Made by a program: the position numbers and the translations under genes. DNA of 35,500 bases from a virus. Taxonomy: Duplodnaviria > Caudoviricetes. Below are positions 23,191-32,092 of the stretch, piece after piece (the stretch's first letter is position 1; each line of letters starts with the position of its first letter). The stretch covers positions 1 to 35,500 of the IMG/VR virus record IMGVR_UViG_3300037310_000082; one strand, given 5' to 3'. The notes under the pieces were generated by a model. It did no database searches. It was not told where the DNA came from and was given only the letters and a program-made list of their open reading frames with translations.

Positions 23191-24884
23191 GGTTTCCCCC
23201 CCAGCCACAGCCCGCCAAGCGTGCCGATGATGTTGCCCAGGCCAGCATAACCTTCAGCGTCTTGCCGATCCTGCGCGCGCCGATCTGCAGACAGGCCAAG
23301 CTGCAGATTGCCGACTTGGCCGTAGGTGCCAGCGGCATCTCCCAGCGTAGCGCGCACGGGCTGCAGCGTCTGGTTGTACACGTTCTGCTGCTGGCCCAGC
23401 GTGCCCGCGGCTTGTCCACCAGCACTTAGGCCGGTCTGCATGAAGTTGCCGCTCAGGCCCGCAGTCTGGTTGCCCATCTGCGCTACGTCGCGCGTGAGTG
23501 CGATGCCGCGATCCTCGATGCCTTGGCGCGCGGCGCGATCGGCTGCGGCGCCGGCCCTGGCGCCGACGAATCGCTGTGCAGCGTCCAGCGTGAGCGATCG
23601 GCCGCTGTCCAGGCTCACGCCGGAGCGGCCAAGATCGCGCACCAACGCTTCGCGTTGGCGTGCGAGTTGCGCATCCACACCGGCCACAGCCTCGGCACCA
23701 GCCGCGGCGCGTCGGCCGGCGGTGTCGTAGTTGGCCGCTGTTTCTGCCATGCGCCTCTGCGCTGGAAGGTAGGTGGTTTCGTACTCGCGCCGCAGTTGAT
23801 TGCTGCGGTCGTTGCTTGTGCGCTGGCTTGCCAGAATCTCATCGAGGATCTGCGAAAACCGCGCGTCGTAGCCAAGTTGCCGCCCGGCCCGCTCGTTGCT
23901 CAGTTGGTCGGCCAAGGTGAGTTGGCGTCCAGCGATGTCGCCGAGCGCGTTGGCCGCGCCGGTAGCCCGGCCGGCGCCGGAACCGCCGCCACTTGAAGAT
24001 GCCCCCAGGCCACCAAGCACGGCGCTGCCAAGCTGGCCGCCAAGTTGCAACTGTTGCGCGGGTGTCAGCGCGTTCCATCCCGATGCCAGTCGGTTGCCGA
24101 TCGAACTGAGCCAGCCCCCGCCAGCATTCGCGCCAGCACTTGCGGAACTTGCGCCGTAGCCAGCAGTCCCGACCGCAGACTCGATCAGGGCGGCGTTGGT
24201 GGCGCCGCCGGCCGCACCAGCGGTGCCCAAACCCGCGGTCGATCCGATCGTCGGCAGCGACGACATGCTGGTCGTAGTTGCCACTGGCAAGGTGCCGCTA
24301 GTCGCCAACCCGCCAGCGCCTGATGCACTGCTGGCCGCGCCGCCAGCACCAGTGGTGCCAAGCGTGCCGCCAAGCGCCGAGGCGCCGAGCGCCGCACCAC
24401 CCACGAACGCCAAGCCTTCGAGCGGTGCCTTCCACGGACTGTCGCGCTTGAACTCCTTGTCCGCGTACATGACCTTGCCGGTCGCGTTGTCCACGAACAC
24501 GAACTGGCGCTTGTTGCCGCCGCCGCTGACGCGCGCGATGCTGTAGCGATTCCCCAGCTCGTCGATCTGCTTCTGAAAAGCGGCTGTTGGGCGAGTGATC
24601 GGGGTGCCTCGCAGTGCGCCGTCTTCTTCGACGGTGCCGACCGTTTCGTACTCCGGCTTGAGCCCAAGCGACTTGTAGAAGTTCTCTACCGCCTTGGTGG
24701 TGCCTTGACCCAATGACACAGCGCCATTGAATGGCCTGTAGTCGAGAACGAGTTTGCCGTCGATGCGGCGCTGGCCGCCGTCTCTCGTGAGCAAGCTGTT
24801 GGACGACAAGCCTCCGCTGTAAAGCGTTGGGACTTGGACGATCATTCCTGTTCGGGGATCTTGAATGCCAACACGTTCCATCAT
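23187..24884 (-). CDS. Putative DNA-transfer/pilot ejection protein
   Basis: Long Gly/Ala/Ser hydrophobic stretches, a Gln-rich helical region and C-terminal GLGNIIGTLGGLWLG. Confidence 0.75.
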   Translation of the reverse strand: MMERVGIQDPRTGMIVQVPTLYSGGLSSNSLLTRDGGQRRIDGKLVLDYRPFNGAVSLGQGTTKAVENFYKSLGLKPEYETVGTVEEDGALRGTPITRPTAAFQKQIDELGNRYSIARVSGGGNKRQFVFVDNATGKVMYADKEFKRDSPWKAPLEGLAFVGGAALGASALGGTLGTTGAGGAASSASGAGGLATSGTLPVATTTSMSSLPTIGSTAGLGTAGAAGGATNAALIESAVGTAGYGASSASAGANAGGGWLSSIGNRLASGWNALTPAQQLQLGGQLGSAVLGGLGASSSGGGSGAGRATGAANALGDIAGRQLTLADQLSNERAGRQLGYDARFSQILDEILASQRTSNDRSNQLRREYETTYLPAQRRMAETAANYDTAGRRAAAGAEAVAGVDAQLARQREALVRDLGRSGVSLDSGRSLTLDAAQRFVGARAGAAADRAARQGIEDRGIALTRDVAQMGNQTAGLSGNFMQTGLSAGGQAAGTLGQQQNVYNQTLQPVRATLGDAAGTYGQVGNLQLGLSADRRAQDRQDAEGYAGLGNIIGTLGGLWLGGKP

Positions 24885-24953
24885 CGTGATCCTTGAGGAA
24901 ATCAGTGAATGCGCGCCTTGGCTTGCGCACTACAGAAAAGTGAGCCTAGATTA

Positions 24954-27053
24954 TCAAGAGCCGCCACCGCCGCCCGAATCGTTCCAGACAATGCTGTCCG
25001 TTCCAACAATGTACCAATTGCCCGACTTGGCAATGCAGAGTTGGTAGCCATAGTTTGGAGTCAGCAAAAAGCACACCCCGCCAGTATCGGTGTTGCTGGG
25101 CGGCGATGATTGTGGCGTCAGAAACAGTGGGCCTTTGGTTGCATTGCCTGTAAATCGTCCTCCATAACCGATGCCAGAGCTTCCAAACACTCCATCACCG
25201 CCGCTGGAAAATCCCGCCACACCAGCCCCAAGGCCGCTTAGCGGTGGATCATTCAAGCACTCACCATACACGCCTGCAGAACTAGCGTTTCCTCCGTAGT
25301 TTCTGCCATGCAGGCTCAGCCTTCCGTCGCCGTTCGTCTCGCCGTAAACACCAGTGCCAGTGCTTAACACGTTGACCCCAATGGAGTTCGTGTTGCCCAA
25401 TGCGTTTACAACGATAGCCGTCTTGCTTGAAGTCGCGTTGAGCGCGACGCGGCTGCTGCCAATGCTTCCGAAAACACCAATTTCTCCATCGCCAGCGCTG
25501 GTGACTCCGATGGCGGCAAGTTGCTCAACTGTGCCGTCGCCTCTATCACCAAAAAACCTTGCCTCGTTGCTCCCGCCAACGTTGACCTCAAATCGCTTGC
25601 CACTGGTGGCTGTCTGCAGCACCGATCCCGTGATCGTCCCGCCGCTGATTGTTGAGCCGCTGATCGTCGAAGCGCTGATCGCGCCGGTTAGAGTCAGGTT
25701 TCCGTTGCCATCGATGTTGAAAGCGCTGTCGATCTTGAAGACAGATGCCGCGCCCGATGCGCCTAGGTTGAAGATCCGCGCTCCGCCCACGGTGCGCACT
25801 TCGGCACCGCCGCCGCCATCGAATCGAAAGCCTGCAGTCGATCCTGGCACGAAGCCGGATGACTGGATGTACTCACCGACGCCAAGAGATCCGGCTGTGA
25901 TCTTTGTGGCCGACAGGTTCACAATCATCGCGTTGGTGATCGCCGCATCACCAATCGCAGCATCACCAGCGACGATGGTGTTCGCGGCGAGCTTGCCAGC
26001 GTAGCCGCTAAGGTTGTCGCCTTCTTCGACTTGAAAGTCATCGAGCAACAACGTGCCCGCGCCGACGGCTGGCAAAGCGGCGAAAGCCGGGTACAGCGGG
26101 CCATTCGGCTCTGCCGCAGCGCCGAATCTGATGCGAAACGCATAGCGCTGCCAGTTGGCAGACAGTGGTGGGTTCTTGAGAACAACCGTTGTGCTAGGAC
26201 TGACGTTCCATAGCAGTTGCATGCCTACGCCGACAGCGGTTCCCGTGGCGCGCGCGAAAAACGACACAACGTAGCTGGTCAACGGCTGCCAGTTGCCGCG
26301 CACGCCGCCGCTGAACGCTGTTACCGACATGCGAACATCGGTCAGTGCGCCGTTCCATGAGATGCGCTGCGCCACGCCACTGATGCGGCCCGCCGGGCGA
26401 TCGTATGTTGCCGTCAGCGCGTTGCCGTTGTATGCGCTCCATCCGTCAGCCAGACCATCGCCGTTCGCGTCAGTTTCGAACGAGTTGAATCCAAGCAGGT
26501 TGTCGCTGCCGACATCGAGCGATGTGGTTGTGACCTGAAACCCGTTGACGCCACCAACCGGAGATCCCGACAACACGCCATCGCGCGTGCGCCAGTCCAC
26601 CCAAATGTGCCACTGAGTTCCGGGCTCGCTGGCGAAACTGCCGACCTCGCCCACAAACTCGTGCGCGATCACCGCGCTGGCGAAAGTGGGAAGCGCGCCA
26701 GCGCCGCCGTATTTGGCACCGTACACCACGGTTCGACCGTAGCCGTTGCCGGCCGTGAATGCAGGGTTGTTTGTGGTGATGCCCACAAAGTCGATGCCGG
26801 CTGTCACGGCCACGCCCGACGGCGCGGGCGGCGGCGTCAGGTCAGGTTCGTCGCCGCTATCAGGCGCATCGATGACGCCGCCCGACCCGCCAGCAACAAG
26901 CCCAGCGTTCACGTAGGCTCGCGCAAGCTGGCCGCTCACGGCGTCATCGGCAACGCGCTTGATCTGCTCAAGGAAGCGCGTCAACTCAAGGCTCAAGCCC
27001 TCGGGCACGTTGCCCACGGCGCGCGGCTTGGATGCGCGTTCGGCTGCGGTCAT
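24954..27053 (-). CDS. Tail fibre/receptor-binding protein with a carbohydrate-binding-like insert
   Basis: Ig/FN3-like N-region (DLTPPPAPSGVAV), an NLL..NSFE...DGW...DDFQVEEG jelly-roll-like module, IGDAAITNAMI shaft repeats and C-terminal GVYG/GVAG/GVFG repeats. Confidence 0.75.
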   Translation of the reverse strand: MTAAERASKPRAVGNVPEGLSLELTRFLEQIKRVADDAVSGQLARAYVNAGLVAGGSGGVIDAPDSGDEPDLTPPPAPSGVAVTAGIDFVGITTNNPAFTAGNGYGRTVVYGAKYGGAGALPTFASAVIAHEFVGEVGSFASEPGTQWHIWVDWRTRDGVLSGSPVGGVNGFQVTTTSLDVGSDNLLGFNSFETDANGDGLADGWSAYNGNALTATYDRPAGRISGVAQRISWNGALTDVRMSVTAFSGGVRGNWQPLTSYVVSFFARATGTAVGVGMQLLWNVSPSTTVVLKNPPLSANWQRYAFRIRFGAAAEPNGPLYPAFAALPAVGAGTLLLDDFQVEEGDNLSGYAGKLAANTIVAGDAAIGDAAITNAMIVNLSATKITAGSLGVGEYIQSSGFVPGSTAGFRFDGGGGAEVRTVGGARIFNLGASGAASVFKIDSAFNIDGNGNLTLTGAISASTISGSTISGGTITGSVLQTATSGKRFEVNVGGSNEARFFGDRGDGTVEQLAAIGVTSAGDGEIGVFGSIGSSRVALNATSSKTAIVVNALGNTNSIGVNVLSTGTGVYGETNGDGRLSLHGRNYGGNASSAGVYGECLNDPPLSGLGAGVAGFSSGGDGVFGSSGIGYGGRFTGNATKGPLFLTPQSSPPSNTDTGGVCFLLTPNYGYQLCIAKSGNWYIVGTDSIVWNDSGGGGGS

Positions 27054-28690
27054 TCGATCACTGCGCCCTGCACTTGGGCTTGGGTTTCGAGTTCGACCTG
27101 AAAGTCGCGCCCGCCAGTGCCATCGGGCAGCCTCGTCACGCCGGTTTGCACAGCAGCGTTCATGTCGGTCTGGAACGATGACGGCGCATCGGTCTTGGAC
27201 GTGAACACGCGCGCCGTCACGTCGCCAGTGGCGAGCAGTTCAAGCCACTGCGCTTCGGTGTGCGCCTGCTGGCGATAGACCTTGCTGCGAAACTTTGCGG
27301 TCATGAACGACGCGCCTGCATCCCATTCGCGCAAGTCGTCTGCACCGGCCAGCACGAACAGGCGCCGAAGCAGCTTGTCCCAATACGCGGCGCTGTAGCC
27401 CTGGCTCAAGAAGTAGATGCCGCGGTCGTTGGCCGGGTTGAGGACAAAACCCTTGCTCGCGCCGTCGTTGTAGAAACCGACGATGAGCGTCATGTTTTCG
27501 CCCAGGTCGAGACGATGGCAGTGCATCGTGGCCGGGCTCAGTGCCTGCCACTGGTTGCGATCCATGATGTTGGCCGTCAGATTGCGCGTCGAGCCGTCAG
27601 CCGAGTACAACCACAGCCCATCGGCTGCGGCCCATGCGCACCAGTAGTCGGCAGTCACCACACTGCGCGAAGACACGCAGGGCGCCAGCGCAATAGGCTT
27701 CTGATCCAGTCGCTCAGGCGCATCGCCAGTGAACAGTTCGGCTCCGCCGCTGGTGAGCACAAGCAGCCGCTGCGCGAACGAGCACAAAGCGATCGGCGTG
27801 TTGTCGAGGGTGTACTCGTTTCCCAGCGGCCAGGCGTACACAAGGCCCGGCTCGCAGAAGCGAACCGTCTTGCCGACAATCGACGCAGCAAACTCGTTCC
27901 AGCAGTAGGTCAGCCACTTCGCATCGGCCGGCAGCGGTAGGCGCAGCGTCGCGAACTCGGTCGGCAGCACGTCGGCGCCCAGGTCGCGCGCATCGTCTTG
28001 GTTGCCCGAAGATCCGACCGCGTACTCGCGCAGAAAGAAGAACTCGGCTTCGCCTTGAGTGCTTGTCGTCTGCGTGCGATACCAGCGGATGCGGTTGATG
28101 CCGTAGTTGCCTGCTGGGGGCGACTCGGTGGTGCTCAGGTTCAGCACGGCACCAGGTTTGGCAAGTGGTGCCAGCGTCGGCGGGCTTGGCGCGCTCTCCC
28201 ATCCGATGTCGTTGACCCAGGTGTAGCAGTAGTACAGGCGACGAGATTCCCCGCTTGGGCCGTCAGTGACAAGCGTCACGGTCGGCGCCACCGTCGGCTG
28301 CGGCACCGCAAGCAGCCGTGTCGTTCCCGGATACGGAGTCGAGGCCAGACTGATGTTGTTGGCCGCCCACTGCGGCCCGCCGATCGCGCCAGTGAAGTAG
28401 GTGCGCTCAAAAGGATCCAGAGCATCGAAGGCGCGGATTACGTGAACCTCTGTCGTCCACGACAGCCAGAAGTTCGGTGGGGTCGGCGAGTCCCGGCCCA
28501 TGCGGTACAGCGTGAGTCGGTCGCTCGGAATCACTGCGGCCGGTGTCACGGCCAGCGGCACGCGCCACGGCCGGAAGTCGCCTTCTGTACCCGGGCGCTG
28601 ATTCTCGCTGTTGACGCCGACCTCTTTGGCATAGAAACGCGGATCGCCCTTGAGAGCGCATCCAAGAAAGCCGGTCAGCTCGGCAATCAC
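27050..28690 (-). CDS. Podovirus tail nozzle / stabilisation (tail tubular B-like) protein
   Basis: YCYTWVNDIGWESAPSP, VRFCEP..YAWP, CVSSRSVV and FRSKVY, located directly before the fibre and ejection genes. Start set at GTG 28690; uncertain. Confidence 0.75.
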   Translation of the reverse strand: MIAELTGFLGCALKGDPRFYAKEVGVNSENQRPGTEGDFRPWRVPLAVTPAAVIPSDRLTLYRMGRDSPTPPNFWLSWTTEVHVIRAFDALDPFERTYFTGAIGGPQWAANNISLASTPYPGTTRLLAVPQPTVAPTVTLVTDGPSGESRRLYYCYTWVNDIGWESAPSPPTLAPLAKPGAVLNLSTTESPPAGNYGINRIRWYRTQTTSTQGEAEFFFLREYAVGSSGNQDDARDLGADVLPTEFATLRLPLPADAKWLTYCWNEFAASIVGKTVRFCEPGLVYAWPLGNEYTLDNTPIALCSFAQRLLVLTSGGAELFTGDAPERLDQKPIALAPCVSSRSVVTADYWCAWAAADGLWLYSADGSTRNLTANIMDRNQWQALSPATMHCHRLDLGENMTLIVGFYNDGASKGFVLNPANDRGIYFLSQGYSAAYWDKLLRRLFVLAGADDLREWDAGASFMTAKFRSKVYRQQAHTEAQWLELLATGDVTARVFTSKTDAPSSFQTDMNAAVQTGVTRLPDGTGGRDFQVELETQAQVQGAVIE

Positions 28691-28712
28691 AGCAGAGACA
28701 GAAGCGGCTTTT

Positions 28713-29036
28713 TCATTGCCACCCCCAAAAAGTTTTGCCGATGTGGCACAGGTTGCCTTCAGGGTTGCTCCGGCATGCCCCGGCCACGATCGAACACATG
28801 TCCCTATCTCCGTCACGCACGAACTGCACTTGCTCTGCTGGGATGCGCCGCGTGCCGAGGATTTCGACGCGGCCAGGGCGAAGGCGTGGGCGGTCGTCGT
28901 TCTTCACGCCGCACACGCCAGCCAACATCTGCCACTCGCAAGTCGCTTGCATGCGGGCGATGCGCTGCTCGGTGTCAGCCTGAGCTAGCGCGGCGATTGG
29001 CGCTGCCAGAGCGACGGCAAGGATGATGTTTCTCAT
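28713..29036 (-). CDS. Secreted Cys-rich small protein (107 aa)
   Basis: Signal peptide MRNIILAVALAAPIAALA-QA and five Cys in the mature part. Start ATG 29036. Confidence 0.7.
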   Translation of the reverse strand: MRNIILAVALAAPIAALAQADTEQRIARMQATCEWQMLAGVCGVKNDDRPRLRPGRVEILGTRRIPAEQVQFVRDGDRDMCSIVAGACRSNPEGNLCHIGKTFWGWQ

Positions 29037-29038
29037 GG

Positions 29039-32000
29039 TCAGATGCTGCGGATGCAGAGGTTGCAAAGCTCGGATTCTTGCGATTGCGGCCCGTAGGTGT
29101 ACCCGCCGACGCGGGTCAGGCCACCGCGGACTCGCACCCACACCAGATTGGTAGTCGAGTCGTAGAAGTACGTCTCGCCAGACGATGCGATCACGTCCGC
29201 AATGCTGGCGACGCTTGAGTAGTTGCGGGCTTCTCCGTCGTTGATGTGCTGCGCGGTTGGCACGGGCTCTTGCTGGCCGGCGCTGTAAACATTGAAGTCT
29301 CGCGTCGTGAGGAACACCGCGGTCGGTGCGCCGCCGAACTTCTCGACCGCAACCACGAAGCTGTCAGTCGGCTCGGTCAAGAACTCGATGGCGAGCATCG
29401 CGTAGTTCACCGTGTCGTTCGGCCATGTCATCCGATAGATGCCATCTTGCGCTGCGGTGAACGAGCGAAACACCACGCCCGAAGACGTTGTTCCGTCAGC
29501 AATGTTCCAAGTGCCGACCACAGACGACAGGTTGCCTGGGTCTAGGCGGTCGGTGTTAAGCGCCCTGCGCGGGGCGTAGGGATTGGTTTCAGCGTTGGTG
29601 TTGGTGGGTTGCACGCCGAAGTGCCGCTTTGCGGTGTGAAACTCGCCAACGCCTGCGGGGGTGAGCGCAACTTGGTCGGTCAGGCCGAACGTCAGGAACG
29701 GCTCGTCATAGACGCGGAAGCGCCCGGCGGGGATCGAGATGCCGTTCTTGTCCTGCACCGCGCCAGCGTAAGTCCAGAAGCGGTTGTTGACTGGCGCACC
29801 GTCGCCGATGTGCGGCGGGCGTGGCCGGAACAGCACCAACGAATTGATAGGGATGATGTTCTTGAACTCGTACAGGTTGAACATCGAGTTGGTGTAGAGG
29901 TCGCCGCCACCGATGGCCGCGCCAAACTGCGGGACGTTCGCGCCTGTCGGGAAGTCCACCACCGGGGCGTAGGGAAAGTTGATGACGATGGCATCCTGCG
30001 CGTTCAGCAGCTCGTGGTAGCTGGTCATCCACCGCGTGTAGGTGTTGCGCAGCGTGGAGTTGTTCAGCGTCCAGCCCGCGCCAAGGCAGTGCTTGATGAC
30101 GCCCGGCAGCAACACGTTGCTGGCCGCGCCAACAAAGCACCAAGTCTGCGTGCTGCTGCTCGTCCAGCCCCTGTATTCCAGCGTACCGATGCGGTTGAAG
30201 TACAGGCGACTCGCGAACGAAAGCTCGGCACCGAAGACGAGTTGACGTGCGCCCGCCGGCCCCAGATACCGCGTGCCCTCCGAGACGGCACCCCGGTTCG
30301 AGATGTGCGAGATGCCAGTCACCATGGCCGCGGAAGTCTCGAAACCGTTGTGCAAGCGGCCACACCCGGACGCCCTGTTGTTGCTGTGCGCGAGAACCGG
30401 CATGCTCTTTGGCACCATCGCAATCTCGCGCGACAGCGCCAGCGGGAAGTCTTGCGCCCAGGCATTCCAGATGCCGATCATGGGGCACTCGAACGCTTGG
30501 TTGCGCTGGAAATCGAGGTACGGGTTCGCCAGCCAGAAGCCCGCAGCGCCGGCTGCTTCGCCCGTGGGCGGTGAGGCCACTTCGCTCACCAAGAACGCAT
30601 CGACGTTCGGCACGTCAGCGGTCTTGATCACCACGTTGTCGTGGATGATCGTCTCGGTCTCGCTGCCGTCTTCCATGAAGACGGCGTGCCCTACCGTGTT
30701 GTAGAGCACGTTGTTGCGCACCGCGCCACCGCGAATCATGTGGCAGACGATGCCGCGCTGTGCCGTGTCGCGTACCACGCAGTTGTCCACGTAGTCGTTA
30801 ACCGAGCCGATCAGCGTGCCGTTGCTCGGCAGGTTCATGCCGTAAGGCTGTTCGTAGCTGCCGCAGTGCAAATGCACCGGATAGCGACCGAAGTTGCCGC
30901 GCTGACCACCGCGGAACAGTTCCACGCCGTCCATCTCAAGCAGGCCGCCGGGGTGGCGCATGATGTGGAAACCGAATCCGTTGCTCGACCAGGCGGAGTC
31001 GTCCGCCGAGTAGATGCGGATGTTGCGCGACAGGTTGACCACGCGAGCGCGTTCATCCACGGTCTTCGAGATGGCGTCGTAGTCGGCTTGCAGCATCGCG
31101 GCCGGCTTGGTCGGCAGCGTGCCGGGAGTCAGGGACAGACCGGTGTCGGTCACGTACTGCAATACACCCCAGCGCGCGGCGGTGATCGCGCTGGTCGTGG
31201 TCAGCGAGGTGCCGGCAATAGACTGGATCGTCAGAGCCTGGGACTGGCCTTCCGGCACGTCACGGTACTGGCTGCCGCTGACCACAATCAGGTCGCCAGG
31301 GCGCCAGTTGCTCGGGGCCGACGCCAACGTGAACGTCGAGGCGCCAGCCGCCACGTTGGCACCCAGCGGCACGACGTGCGTCGGCAAGTGAGAGGCATGC
31401 ATGCGAACTATGCCGCCCGAGTGAATGTTGATGGCGCGACTGACGCCGTTGTTGCGCCGGCCCTGCTGCCAGATTTCAACCGTCACCGTCTCGCCGCTGG
31501 CGAAGGTGCCGGCCGCGATGAAACGGATCTTGTTGTTGAACAGGACGCCCACGGTTCCGCTGCCCAGGGAGCCGCTGACCGAGCCGCTTACGTCGAAGGC
31601 AGAAGCGCTGGTAAAAGTGACGGTGATGTTCTCGGTTGTGGTGGGCAAGTTCACGTCCAGACTGACGTGAAGTTGAGTCAGGCGGCCATCGCCGGCCACG
31701 GTACTCGCGGTCTGATCGTGACCGTAGCGCAGACTCGACGGACTGTCGGCTTCGTCGCCGTTGAGTTCGATGTCGAACTGGCCGGCATAGCGGTTCGTCT
31801 TGCTGGCGCCTAACTGCAGCACCCCTGTGCTGCGCACATCGATCCAGCCGGTCGTCAGCTTGGCGGGGGCGGCGGGGTCGCCGATGAGGGTGCCGAATAC
31901 CTGAACGTCAGCCGCTACTGCGGACATCGTGTCCACGATATACGTTTGCCCGACCGGGATGTTGACCGTCGTGTTGGCGTCGGGGAACACACCGCCGGGC

Positions 32001-32092
32001 CAGGTTCCGGGGTCGCTCCATCGCAGACCAGTGAGCCCGCCACCGCCACCGACGGTGCGTCCGCCTCGCCGCTTGCCGCTGCGCAGTTTCAT
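29039..32092 (-). CDS. G8-domain plus parallel beta-helix protein (CEMIP/TMEM2/fibrocystin-like architecture); putative tailspike depolymerase
   Basis: RWSDPGTWPGG..P (G8 start), WRPGDLIVV, VVNLSRNIRI, GQRGNFGRYPVHLH and GHAVFMEDGSE. Start ATG 32092 (TGATG overlap), 1017 aa. Confidence 0.8.
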   Translation of the reverse strand: MKLRSGKRRGGRTVGGGGGLTGLRWSDPGTWPGGVFPDANTTVNIPVGQTYIVDTMSAVAADVQVFGTLIGDPAAPAKLTTGWIDVRSTGVLQLGASKTNRYAGQFDIELNGDEADSPSSLRYGHDQTASTVAGDGRLTQLHVSLDVNLPTTTENITVTFTSASAFDVSGSVSGSLGSGTVGVLFNNKIRFIAAGTFASGETVTVEIWQQGRRNNGVSRAINIHSGGIVRMHASHLPTHVVPLGANVAAGASTFTLASAPSNWRPGDLIVVSGSQYRDVPEGQSQALTIQSIAGTSLTTTSAITAARWGVLQYVTDTGLSLTPGTLPTKPAAMLQADYDAISKTVDERARVVNLSRNIRIYSADDSAWSSNGFGFHIMRHPGGLLEMDGVELFRGGQRGNFGRYPVHLHCGSYEQPYGMNLPSNGTLIGSVNDYVDNCVVRDTAQRGIVCHMIRGGAVRNNVLYNTVGHAVFMEDGSETETIIHDNVVIKTADVPNVDAFLVSEVASPPTGEAAGAAGFWLANPYLDFQRNQAFECPMIGIWNAWAQDFPLALSREIAMVPKSMPVLAHSNNRASGCGRLHNGFETSAAMVTGISHISNRGAVSEGTRYLGPAGARQLVFGAELSFASRLYFNRIGTLEYRGWTSSSTQTWCFVGAASNVLLPGVIKHCLGAGWTLNNSTLRNTYTRWMTSYHELLNAQDAIVINFPYAPVVDFPTGANVPQFGAAIGGGDLYTNSMFNLYEFKNIIPINSLVLFRPRPPHIGDGAPVNNRFWTYAGAVQDKNGISIPAGRFRVYDEPFLTFGLTDQVALTPAGVGEFHTAKRHFGVQPTNTNAETNPYAPRRALNTDRLDPGNLSSVVGTWNIADGTTSSGVVFRSFTAAQDGIYRMTWPNDTVNYAMLAIEFLTEPTDSFVVAVEKFGGAPTAVFLTTRDFNVYSAGQQEPVPTAQHINDGEARNYSSVASIADVIASSGETYFYDSTTNLVWVRVRGGLTRVGGYTYGPQSQESELCNLCIRSI

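Noticed and set aside
20527-23250. 907-aa plus-strand ORF, and similar long antisense ORFs such as 5744-7552, 8648-9958 and 16185-17573
   Set aside because: Antisense shadows of GC3-biased minus-strand genes, with no motifs or SD.
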